Source of the DNA: Promethearchaeota archaeon Loki_b32
GTDB taxonomy: Archaea; Asgardarchaeota; Lokiarchaeia; Sigyniarchaeales; SOKP01
Assembly (NCBI GenBank): GCA_005223125.1
Contig: NJBH01000001.1
Span: 32,001 to 96,000, forward strand
Length of the DNA stretch: 64,000 nt
Reading direction: 5' to 3'
Below, one piece after another: positions 20,759 through 29,646 of this stretch. A program made the translations under genes and the position numbers. Within the stretch, counting starts at the first letter, position 1; each line of letters opens with the position of its first letter. Under the pieces are notes generated by a model, which worked only from the letters and a program-made list of their open reading frames with translations, was not told where the DNA came from and made no database searches.

Positions 20759-21211
20759 TCACCCATATCGTTTCGTGTAGTCAATAACTATGCGATTATA
20801 ATCTTCGGACATCAAGTGAGAAGAAACCATAAAGTCCGCAGAAGTTCTATTACATGCAATCGGTATGTTCCAAACGACCGCAATCCGTAAAAGCGCTTTT
20901 ACATCAGGATCATGGGGATGGGATTCAAGGGGATCCCAAAAGAAAATGAGAAAATCAATTTCTCCCTCAGTAATCATAGCACCGATCTGTTGATCACCCC
21001 CTAATGGACCACTCTTAAAGGTTTTAACTTTAAGTTTTGTTTCACGTGCTATTAGTGATCCAGTTGTCCCTGTTCCAAATAGATTGTGTTGACTTAATGT
21101 TCCTTTGTTATAATCTGCCCATTCTATGAGATCTTGCTTTCTTTCATCATGGGCAATCAAGGCGATATTTTTTTTCTTTTTCATATTTATATTTATATTT
21201 ATATTTGACAT
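20759..21211 (-). CDS. mgsA: Methylglyoxal synthase
   Basis: IALIAHD, TGTTG, SGPLGGDQQIG, PHDPDVKALLR. Confidence 0.97.
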   Translation of the reverse strand: MSNINININMKKKKNIALIAHDERKQDLIEWADYNKGTLSQHNLFGTGTTGSLIARETKLKVKTFKSGPLGGDQQIGAMITEGEIDFLIFFWDPLESHPHDPDVKALLRIAVVWNIPIACNRTSADFMVSSHLMSEDYNRIVIDYTKRYG

Positions 21212-21296
21212 ATAACATCTATTTTTTAACCTATGTTATTTCCTAAAAGAAGATTTATTATATAAGATAGTCATATTTTCACAAAAATATAGCTTG

Positions 21297-21373
21297 AAGA
21301 TTCCAAACTTGTTCCTAGATGGTTGTCTAGAAAAATTAAAGCGAAATTAAAAGCCCTGAATTTATGGAAATAA
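21297..21373 (+). repeat. 77-bp diverged duplicate of the GTPase gene 3' end (20548-20624)
   Basis: 70/77 identical; encodes DSKLVPRWLSRKIKAKLKALNLWK*. Confidence 0.9.
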
Positions 21374-21399
21374 ACCATTCTTTTTTCATTTAGCTTTTC

Positions 21400-22578
21400 T
21401 TAAAAAAAGTAATATATTTTTCCGTCAAAGTCCTCTGAAAGAAGTATTTCGGCATTTGCAAGGATTTGCAACATTTTCTCAAGTAAATCCTCCGTAATTC
21501 TATCTTGTTGATTAAATAAACGATTTTTAATAGCTTTGGCAGTATACTTTTCATTATTTTCTTTTAAGAATTGAATTAAGCGGGAATCAATATCATATTT
21601 ATTGATGAGATATAAGCTCATTCCTTCCCTTTCAAGCAATTCTCGTATCCAATCATATTTTCCTTTTTGGTCTGTTTGCTTTATGTAATAGAAAGTTTCT
21701 GCTAACCGTTCTTTTCTAAGCTCCTTATATATGATTTTACCCGAATAATAAATTGAGACATAAAATTCTGGGAGGTATTTGGTACAAAACAAAAAAATAC
21801 AAACATGGGTAAAAATAGTTATAGATAACATGCCCAAAGAATCGTGAACTACGCTCCAAGCAAATCCACGAGAATATAAATAGAATTGTATGACTGCGCG
21901 AAATATATTATAAAAATAGATTAAAAATATAGAAAAAATGATAGCTTTTGTTTTTCTCCATATAATATCTTCTTTAGTTTTTTGATTTTTGGAGTGTGGC
22001 GTAAAAATAATTACAGCAATAAAAATACTCATTGCTATTAATCCAGTGCATCCATTGTTTATATACACTCTAACATTCTCTGAAATACCCACAAACCATG
22101 TATTGTACATATACGATGTTTGTGCTCCTAAACTAAAAATAAGATTCAAGAAAAAAACCTGGTGTTTAGCAAATAGTTCATGCAACCATATAATTTCTAT
22201 CTTCTTTAAAAATTGATTCATGGAAAGTGCGATTATTATTATAGCTACAGGAAATAAAATTAGAGCTCTTGTTGAGAAACTGTATTTTTTTCCCCTAAAT
22301 TGAATAACTGGGGGCTTATTTTTTTTATCTCTAGTTTTATGTGTTTCATTTAGCTTTGCCCCTTCTTTCAGTGTATGTCTTAAATAATTATAAATCCGAT
22401 CTAAGTATACATAATTTAATATCAAAAGTAATGGAATAATTACACTTCCAAGATAAATCCACTTTTCCGACTCCATCAAAGAAATAGCAAGCCCAATATT
22501 AAATGCGAATAATAGGTTCATAGAAAATAAAACCCAGATTACAATTATTATTAGTCTTTTTTTGATTATGTGGCGCAT
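21400..22578 (-). CDS. Exosortase/archaeosortase-family protein with C-terminal winged-helix-like extension
   Basis: Multi-TM with catalytic Cys (NNGCTG), Arg (NIFR) and His (VVHD). Confidence 0.8.
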   Translation of the reverse strand: MRHIIKKRLIIIVIWVLFSMNLLFAFNIGLAISLMESEKWIYLGSVIIPLLLILNYVYLDRIYNYLRHTLKEGAKLNETHKTRDKKNKPPVIQFRGKKYSFSTRALILFPVAIIIIALSMNQFLKKIEIIWLHELFAKHQVFFLNLIFSLGAQTSYMYNTWFVGISENVRVYINNGCTGLIAMSIFIAVIIFTPHSKNQKTKEDIIWRKTKAIIFSIFLIYFYNIFRAVIQFYLYSRGFAWSVVHDSLGMLSITIFTHVCIFLFCTKYLPEFYVSIYYSGKIIYKELRKERLAETFYYIKQTDQKGKYDWIRELLEREGMSLYLINKYDIDSRLIQFLKENNEKYTAKAIKNRLFNQQDRITEDLLEKMLQILANAEILLSEDFDGKIYYFF

Positions 22579-22760
22579 TGTATTTCTAATTAGAATAACA
22601 TAAGAAATTATTTAAATTTCGGTTAAAGTTAACAAATTAAATCTTACTTCTAATCTAACCGAGCCTGGAATAATGCAAGCGCTAAATTTAGATTTCACGT
22701 TTATTATGGATTGAATTTAAATCTGATATAAATGTAATTAATATATCAGATAACAAGTAT

Positions 22761-23597
22761 GTGATGAAAAGCATGCCTTTTTTTACTTCTAATGATGTTG
22801 ATATTAATTATATAGATGTGGGTAGCGGAGAACCATTGATTTTTGTATGTGGGACGTTTACAAAATTCCAATCGTGGAATTATCAAATCAACTATTTTAA
22901 AGAAAAAATGAGGGTAATCACATTTGATAATAGGGGGACTGGGAGGAGCTCTCGCCCAGATTATCCATACAGCATGGAAATGCTGGTAGAGGACCTTAAA
23001 AATTTGCTTGGCTATCTTGATATAAACGAGGGAGTCCATCTTTGTGGTTCAAGTATGGGAGCAATGATCTCTCAGACGTTTGCCTTAAAATATCCTCACA
23101 TTGTAAAGACTCTGATTCTTTGCGGTTCCACTGCTTACTATTCCTCAAAAACATGTGATCAAAATGTTCTAGTGCTTGATTCTCTTAAGGAGTTAGAATT
23201 GAATGAAAGGGTGGAATATTTCTTTCCCCTTATGTATTCTAGAGCTTTTAAAAAAAGATTAGGCGAAGATAAAGATTTATATAATAAGATTAGCATGGAT
23301 ATGAACTTTTGTGCTCAAATCATAGATCCTCCAGAATATAAGGATTATATCAATCAAAACGAAGTATTAAGGGATTTTGATATGCGAGATTCGATAAAAG
23401 ACATTACTCAGCCGACTTTAATTCTTTCAGGAGCAAAAGATAGAATGGCAATTCCAGGAGAACTAGATACTATGCATGAGCAAATTCCCAATTCAGTATT
23501 AGAGACTATTCCCGGAATGGGTCATGCTTTTAATATAGAAGCTCCAGAAGAAACAAATAATACTATTTGGAATTTTCTCCAGAAACATATATCCTAA
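22761..23597 (+). CDS. Alpha/beta hydrolase
   Basis: FDNRGTGRS; GSSMG; D; GH. Confidence 0.92.
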   Translation: MMKSMPFFTSNDVDINYIDVGSGEPLIFVCGTFTKFQSWNYQINYFKEKMRVITFDNRGTGRSSRPDYPYSMEMLVEDLKNLLGYLDINEGVHLCGSSMGAMISQTFALKYPHIVKTLILCGSTAYYSSKTCDQNVLVLDSLKELELNERVEYFFPLMYSRAFKKRLGEDKDLYNKISMDMNFCAQIIDPPEYKDYINQNEVLRDFDMRDSIKDITQPTLILSGAKDRMAIPGELDTMHEQIPNSVLETIPGMGHAFNIEAPEETNNTIWNFLQKHIS

Positions 23598-23654
23598 GAA
23601 TTCGGATATCTTTGGAGATTTCATTAAATTAAACTAAAGAGAGGGTATAAGAAA

Positions 23655-24098
23655 ATGACAAAAAATGTATACATATTATATTATTCAAAAACAGGCAACA
23701 CAAGAAAAATGGCAGAGCAAATTTTAGAGACTTTTTCCAAATTAGAATCTGATAGTGTGGATATGAAACTTATGGATGCTAAGGAACTAGATCTTGCAGC
23801 TCTAAAATCTGCAGATGGTTATATTATTGGAACACCAAATTATTTTAGTGCCCCGTCGGGTTATATAAAGATATTCTTTGATGAATTATTTATGGATAGA
23901 GCAATTTTAAAAGGACGACCAGTATTTTGTTTTGTTTCTCATGGTGGTAGTGGAGATATTAAACACCTAAAAGTAATGTGCGATTGGTTAGAATTAAAAA
24001 TTGTTGGTCCGGCAATTGTTGTGAAAGGAAATAACATATCATCAAAGGATATAACATCAATTGAAACAAATATTCAAGAAATGATGAAATTACTCTAA
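23655..24098 (+). CDS. Flavodoxin/WrbA-like protein
   Basis: YYSKTGNTRKMA; GTPNYF. Confidence 0.9.
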   Translation: MTKNVYILYYSKTGNTRKMAEQILETFSKLESDSVDMKLMDAKELDLAALKSADGYIIGTPNYFSAPSGYIKIFFDELFMDRAILKGRPVFCFVSHGGSGDIKHLKVMCDWLELKIVGPAIVVKGNNISSKDITSIETNIQEMMKLL

Positions 24099-24288
24099 CT
24101 CTTTTTTATTTTTTTAATATTTCTTTTCTATTAATAAACAAAAATACAAGAGCAGATTTCATAGCTACATTAGAAAAACAGGTTTTGAATTCTTACATCT
24201 GATATAATTAAACTATCTGGATTAGCTTCAAATAGATCCTTTAGATTTTCTAAAACTGTGTCGTCTATCTTTTCACTCAACAGATAAT

Positions 24289-25059
24289 TCAACAAGGATA
24301 TTCATGGATGTTTCTTTCTTTAAATTCTGGTAGGTCATCTGGCGGCCAACTTCTGGGAGTTTTATAATTTTTTATGAACCGATGGTCGCACATGGGAGCT
24401 CCAAATCCAAGAGTTTGAGTACGAGAGAATCCAAATCCTAAAATATTTGCTTCAGAGAAGTCAGCTAAACAAAATAAGTGGACAAATTTTTCAGCATCTA
24501 ATCTCTTAAGAGCTTTATGTAATCCACACTCATAAAAATCAAAGCCCCACTCGAAAGTTTTGCCGTCACCTTCAACATAATCCGCAACCCAATCATCTGG
24601 ATATTTCCTTAATTTTGAAGCTTCGCATAGTTTTTTCACATAATCAACGTAGGCGGTCTCAAATGGATATTGAGCTGGATCTTTACCAATTTTTTCCAAA
24701 TTTTTTTTTCTGATTGTATTATGTATATCACGGAACTCATAATAAAATTCCCCTATCTCTCGAAGTGTGAATCCTTCTTTTTCTAGGACTCGAAACATTG
24801 CGAGACTAGACATTCCTCCAACAAGGAGAGTGGTGTAGGAATTTTTATTTCCGCCAATATAAGGTATTTCAGGAATTATTTTCTCATATTCTGCTTTCAT
24901 TTGGGTAAAGATTTCGGAGAGTTTAGCCTCGTTGAACTTACTTTTAAACACATCCCTCGCAACTTCAAGCGCCTTAGAAAAATTTTTCATGAGTTTTGGT
25001 TTTCGTTTAATATAATAATCTTTTATAACCTTTCCAGCCATTTTTAGATTTATCACCAA
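24289..25059 (-). CDS. L-2-amino-thiazoline-4-carboxylate hydrolase-family protein
   Basis: ECG...CLADF...RTQTLGFGAPMCDHRF. Confidence 0.8.
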   Translation of the reverse strand: MVINLKMAGKVIKDYYIKRKPKLMKNFSKALEVARDVFKSKFNEAKLSEIFTQMKAEYEKIIPEIPYIGGNKNSYTTLLVGGMSSLAMFRVLEKEGFTLREIGEFYYEFRDIHNTIRKKNLEKIGKDPAQYPFETAYVDYVKKLCEASKLRKYPDDWVADYVEGDGKTFEWGFDFYECGLHKALKRLDAEKFVHLFCLADFSEANILGFGFSRTQTLGFGAPMCDHRFIKNYKTPRSWPPDDLPEFKERNIHEYPC

Positions 25060-25200
25060 TTTTTGGTTACATATTGGATTAAGACTACATCAAAATAAAC
25101 TTTTCTTTCTCTAAGAATTCGATTATATCTTGAGTAAAATAAAAATATTATATAATAGGAGTTTAATGATATTTATCGATATTTGATTAAAGAATTACAT

Positions 25201-25464
25201 TATTTCTACTAGTTATTTTATTATCTTAATCAAGTTAGAATGGAAGGAACGTTTAGTTCAGGTACAAAATATCTTGCTTCACACTTGGCTCATAAAATTC
25301 CTTATGAAACTCAACAATTGTGTGGAGGGATTGCGTTTACTGATAATCTACGGATTGATAAAGCATTAGAGGCTGCAAAGGTTAAGGAAATAATAGGTGG
25401 TGCCCGAAATATTCAGCTTTATTTGGTTAGTAGAGCTATAAAAGATATGATTTTTCTTTTTTAA
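25201..25464 (+). pseudogene. Internally deleted copy of the acyl-CoA dehydrogenase locus
   Basis: 25201-25247 matches 29590-29636; 25252-25464 matches 30697-30909. Confidence 0.88.
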
Positions 25465-25515
25465 TTGAAATAAAAGGTATAATAAAAATATAAAAAATCT
25501 ATTATGATAAAATTT

Positions 25516-25922
25516 TTATTTATTTTGAAGGCTTTCAATAACCTTTTCGTATTTTTCATGAATTAGGGTTTTGTCAAAATCTCAGGATTCTTGGAGCATT
25601 TTATCCTGTTCTTTTTCAGTAAAGTACTTCATTACAGGGATAAAAAAATGCTTATCTTCTTTTTCAATATGTTTTGGGTAAAATTCAACTAAATCACCCA
25701 ACAAATTTACAATTTCATCTTGTATTTTGACTTATTGTGATTAGGAGAGAGTGATTTCTTTTCTAGATCTCTAAAAAGAATGTCTTCTTCTTTGCCATGA
25801 TGAGTTCTATCAGCGTACATCCTGATGAAATCAACAGCAATATCAATAAAAAGAGGATTCGTTTTATTGTATTTTTTCATTTTTTCAATTTCTTTTTTAA
25901 TACTAGCATACGATTGTTGCAT
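25516..25922 (-). pseudogene. Hemerythrin-domain protein, disrupted
   Basis: YADRTHHGKEEDILF in one frame; FYPKHIEKEDKHFF...QES*DFDK in another. Confidence 0.8.
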
Positions 25923-26092
25923 ACAGTATCATACCATTTCTTATCTTTACGAAGTTCCTTAATAATATTCATGCACATAAATTCCTTGTAATCACTGTAT
26001 TTCTCTGGTAATTCGATCTCCAATAATGGCATTCTTTTTACAACCTTTCTTTTTGGTTTATCATTTTCACATACGCGACATTTTGCTTTCAT
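25877..26092 (-). CDS. Small hypothetical protein (CxxC), running into the hemerythrin remnant
   Basis: MKAKCRVCE; AGGTG upstream. Confidence 0.45.
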   Translation of the reverse strand: MKAKCRVCENDKPKRKVVKRMPLLEIELPEKYSDYKEFMCMNIIKELRKDKKWYDTVCNNRMLVLKKKLKK

Positions 26093-26589
26093 TTTTTCAC
26101 CTTTTTTTAAAATATTCTAACGTCCATTCTGTATTAGGACACGCTTATCTTAACACGAATTTTAAATTTTTAATAAATATTTTACAGTAATTAAAAAAAA
26201 TGGTAAATAAGAACATTTAAACTTTTTAGTTTAAAATAATTGTTAGTTAAAATCTCTTATATCTATCAAGATTTTAATTTCATTAATTAATATATTTAGA
26301 AATATTCGCAAAAATAAGTAAAAATTTTTGCCTAAGAAAGTATAATAAACATAATATAACACATAGAAAAAAAGCCCTATCTCCCTAAAATTTTAAACCC
26401 TTTCACTTTTTTCTCTTAAAATACCTCAATTTAACCCTATTACACTAAGAATAACCAAGATATTTTCTAACAGAATTTTGAAGTGTATTTTTCATAATAC
26501 CAAGGTTTATTAAATTTAAAAATTTATCTTACATACTTGAACTGAGATATTTCAAAGTTCCAAGTATAAAATTAAAATTTGGTGAAAGT

Positions 26590-26730
26590 ATGTCTAATAG
26601 AAATTATGGCAATAGAACGATGCACAAAGCCACATGTGCCGACTGCGGGAACGAGTGCGAAGTTCCATTTAAGCCTAAGGAAGACAGACCTGTTTATTGT
26701 CGAGAGTGTTATAGAAAGCGTAGAAGATAA
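26590..26730 (+). CDS. CxxC-x17-CxxC zinc-binding small protein (46 aa, not in ORF track)
   Basis: MHKATCADCGNECEVPFKPKEDRPVYCRECY; GGTGA upstream. Confidence 0.92.
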   Translation: MSNRNYGNRTMHKATCADCGNECEVPFKPKEDRPVYCRECYRKRRR

Positions 26731-26792
26731 TTAATTCTATTTTTTCTAAGTTTTGGATACAACCAAAAACTTATTTTCTAACTTATCGAGTA

Positions 26793-27068
26793 ATGATTTA
26801 TTTTTTTTTTATTTTTTTTAGCCCTAGGGCTATAAGAATGAACCTACACAAAATAATTAAAGAACCTGCTTATGTGAATGGAACTATCGCATATGCTGCA
26901 GATTATCTAAAGGGTTTAATTGTTGTTGATGTTAGTGATCTATCTAATCCTACAAAGATTGCTCAATATTTCGACGGAGGGCATGTTTATGATGTAGAGG
27001 TTATTAATAAGATTGCTTATGTCGCTGATCGGGATGATGGTTTGGAGATCATTGAAATTTTGATATAA
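26793..27068 (+). pseudogene. LVIVD-repeat protein, 3' fragment
   Basis: AYAADYLKGLIVVDVSDLSNP; AYVADRDDGLEIIEI. Confidence 0.7.
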
Positions 27069-27090
27069 AAATCGCATATTAGTTCTTAAT

Positions 27091-27140
27091 TAAAGTATTA
27101 GAAGATGCTGAAGTTCAGGAAATAATATATGATGCTCGAA
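27091..27140 (+). repeat. Third, degraded remnant of the acyl-CoA dehydrogenase 3' end
   Basis: 41/50 identical to 30804-30853. Confidence 0.65.
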
Positions 27141-27283
27141 CAAAATTTAAATTATAATAATTCCAAAGATTGATCCATACAAAAATGTCTTGTGGAATAG
27201 ATAAAATTTTATTTGGTATATTTGTGGATTAGAAATCGCATATTTCGAAGATGATATTATTTATAAAAGATGTTGATAAACGT

Positions 27284-27748
27284 CTAATCCAAGTCAATAA
27301 AGTCTTCCAAGAAAAATAAATCAATTTCAAAAGCATTAATTATTAATGGGTTTTTTAATTCTCCTTCTTTTTTAGCAAATAATGCAGGAATTTTATTTTT
27401 TGTTGCTAATGCGATTGTAGCACAATCGGGAAGTGATATTGGATTATTACATTTTAATATACTGATATCTCTAAGGAAATTTTCTAATGAATGTATGTTA
27501 AAAAAAATTGAATCAATGAGATTATCAACCTTTTCAAAAGCTCGTTGCCTTCCAATTTTTCTACATAGTATGTATTCAGTCTCTATAATTGCTAGACTCG
27601 TTGTCATTGGTGTAATTTCATTATTTAAAATATTTTTAAAAAGATCAGACTCATCCCCAGATAAAAGAAGTTCAATAACGGCACCCCCATCAAAAACAAC
27701 TTCTTTAAAAGGATACTTCATCTTTTCTCCTCTCTTGGTACAACTCAC
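27284..27748 (-). CDS. vapC: PIN-domain toxin
   Basis: VVFDGG...ETEYILCR...ISLPDCATIALA. Confidence 0.85.
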   Translation of the reverse strand: MSCTKRGEKMKYPFKEVVFDGGAVIELLLSGDESDLFKNILNNEITPMTTSLAIIETEYILCRKIGRQRAFEKVDNLIDSIFFNIHSLENFLRDISILKCNNPISLPDCATIALATKNKIPALFAKKEGELKNPLIINAFEIDLFFLEDFIDLD

Positions 27749-27950
27749 TTAATACTTCATCAACATCTACATCTTCAATTTTTTTACAAGAATCTCGAAA
27801 TTTTTCTTTGTCTTTCTTCTTCTGGTAATTTTCTATCAAGAATTTTATTGTAGTATCATAATTTATTTTTTTTCTTCTTTTCATTTGCAATTGAGCTGCA
27901 ATCTTTAGAAGATCTTCCTTAGTTTCATCATTTATGGTAATTGTAGTAAT
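27705..27950 (-). CDS. VapB-type antitoxin (probable ATT start at 27950)
   Basis: (M)TTITINDETKEDLLKIAAQLQMKRRKKINYD; GAGGTG 6 nt upstream; overlaps the toxin. Confidence 0.8.
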   Translation of the reverse strand: MTTITINDETKEDLLKIAAQLQMKRRKKINYDTTIKFLIENYQKKKDKEKFRDSCKKIEDVDVDEVLSELYQERRKDEVSF

Positions 27951-28298
27951 TTAATTCACCTCATAGTTTTAACATTATTCATAGAATATATAGAAATAAT
28001 AGTATTTATTTTTTCTTATAAAAATCGCTGAACGGCTTTCTATAATTTATTAGTATAATATCAGCAAATCTATGTTTCAATGATTTTGTAAAAATCTACC
28101 AAAGGCTTCATATATATTGGATGAGATTAATTTTGATTTATATGTCATTTCTCAAAAAATTTATTGAACTCGTTCCTACATAATTTAAACCTTCAATAAT
28201 CCATTCAAATATCATTATAATTTGTTTAGAAGAAGAATTATAATGCCAGTGAGGTTAAAAATAACTTCTATTTAATAAAAAAGATTTTAAAAAAAAAA

Positions 28299-28691
28299 AT
28301 GTTAAATACTATGGTGGAAGAAAAAAATATCACAGAGAAATTAGAAACCGTTTTAAAAAGATTATTAGCAAGTAATCGAGACATTACAATTGTTATAGTC
28401 ACTACAATGGAGGGGCTTCCAATTCTTTCAATATTACCCCGAGGATATGATGAAACTAGAATTTCTGCTATGGTTGCTACATTACTCTCTTTATCCGAAA
28501 GAACTGTCGTAGATATGGAAATAGGGGTATTTAAACAGATATTTATCAAAGGAGTTGATGGTTATTTATTAATTTTTGATGCTGAACCGGCGGTATTGGC
28601 AGTCTCAACTACAGAAAAAGCGAAATTGGGGCTAGTTTTCCTTGAATGTGAGCGTGCTTCGCATAAAATATCAAAAATTTTAAAAAAATAG
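28299..28691 (+). CDS. Roadblock/LC7-domain protein
   Basis: EGLPI...RISAMVATLLSLSER...IKGVDGY...KLGLVFLE. Confidence 0.92.
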   Translation: MLNTMVEEKNITEKLETVLKRLLASNRDITIVIVTTMEGLPILSILPRGYDETRISAMVATLLSLSERTVVDMEIGVFKQIFIKGVDGYLLIFDAEPAVLAVSTTEKAKLGLVFLECERASHKISKILKK

Positions 28692-28782
28692 AAATAAAGA
28701 ATGGTTACATTAGCTTTACTAATTAATTTAGCTATAGTTGCTTGGCTTAAATTAAGAAATTTTAGTTATGAAAATCATGATA

Positions 28783-29199
28783 TTAAGATGATTCAAAAAA
28801 TTGGATTTCTTTTGTTCTTTCAATAATTTCATTATCGAAAGTGGCTAATGGGAAATTTAATTCAAATGCTAATTGAACTATGATTGCATCCATTCCCTTT
28901 AATTTAAAATTGAGTCCATGATTTTGTGCTTTAAGCATTCTCTTTTCATTCAGTTCGTAAATCTTAATTTTTTTTTCTTTAACCCAATTTTGGATTATTT
29001 CTTCACTTTCCTTTGCTTCTTCTATTCCCACTCTCCTTGCAATGGCACAACATATTTCAATAGGGTTTATCATAGATACATGAAAATTTAATTCACCATT
29101 TTCCATTCTTTCAATAATACTAATGCTCTTCTGGTGAAATTTATCATTTTTTATTAAAGATGCAATAAAAACATTAGAATCTACGATTATATCTTTCAT
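28783..29199 (-). CDS. vapC: VapC PIN-domain toxin
   Basis: IVDSNVFI...E...LKGMDA...LATFD. Confidence 0.9.
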   Translation of the reverse strand: MKDIIVDSNVFIASLIKNDKFHQKSISIIERMENGELNFHVSMINPIEICCAIARRVGIEEAKESEEIIQNWVKEKKIKIYELNEKRMLKAQNHGLNFKLKGMDAIIVQLAFELNFPLATFDNEIIERTKEIQFFESS

Positions 29200-29432
29200 T
29201 TTGTTCTATCCTCTTGAATCGCTTGTACAGAAGAAATTTCTGAAGGCCATTTCTTACTTACTTTCTCTTTAAGTCTCTTCCATTTTTTAAATGAAGATTC
29301 TATAGGTTTTATTAATATACCATCTTCAACTTCGATTTCCTCGATAAGTGAACCTGGTTCTATGCCAAATTTCTCTCTTATTTTTTTTATCAAGGTAACT
29401 TGTCCTTTAGGTCCAACTTTTAATTTGGTCAT
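29196..29432 (-). CDS. AbrB/MazE-family antitoxin
   Basis: KVGPKGQVTLIKKIREKFGIEPG; 4-nt overlap with the toxin. Confidence 0.9.
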   Translation of the reverse strand: MTKLKVGPKGQVTLIKKIREKFGIEPGSLIEEIEVEDGILIKPIESSFKKWKRLKEKVSKKWPSEISSVQAIQEDRTK

Positions 29433-29646
29433 ACTAGAAAAATAGTAATACCTCTATTTATGTCTTACTTCTTTAAATATGTAAAAACTGTGGTTATTGG
29501 AATTCAAACCTATATTAATAACTATAGTTTATTAAATCAAAATTATTTATCTATACCAATTTTCCATATTTTTTTAAATTGAAGTACGTTATTTCCACTA
29601 ATTATTATATTATCTTAATCATGTTATAATGGAAGGTGATAATTGA

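Noticed and set aside
20670-21240. TATAACA...CTATGTTAT imperfect palindromes on both sides of mgsA as attC/dif sites
   Set aside because: Too short for attC, spacers unequal, and expected by chance in AT-rich DNA
25583-25590. In-frame TGA as selenocysteine in hemerythrin
   Set aside because: Not a Cys-type position and the gene has other lesions; MsrA and MsrB here use Cys
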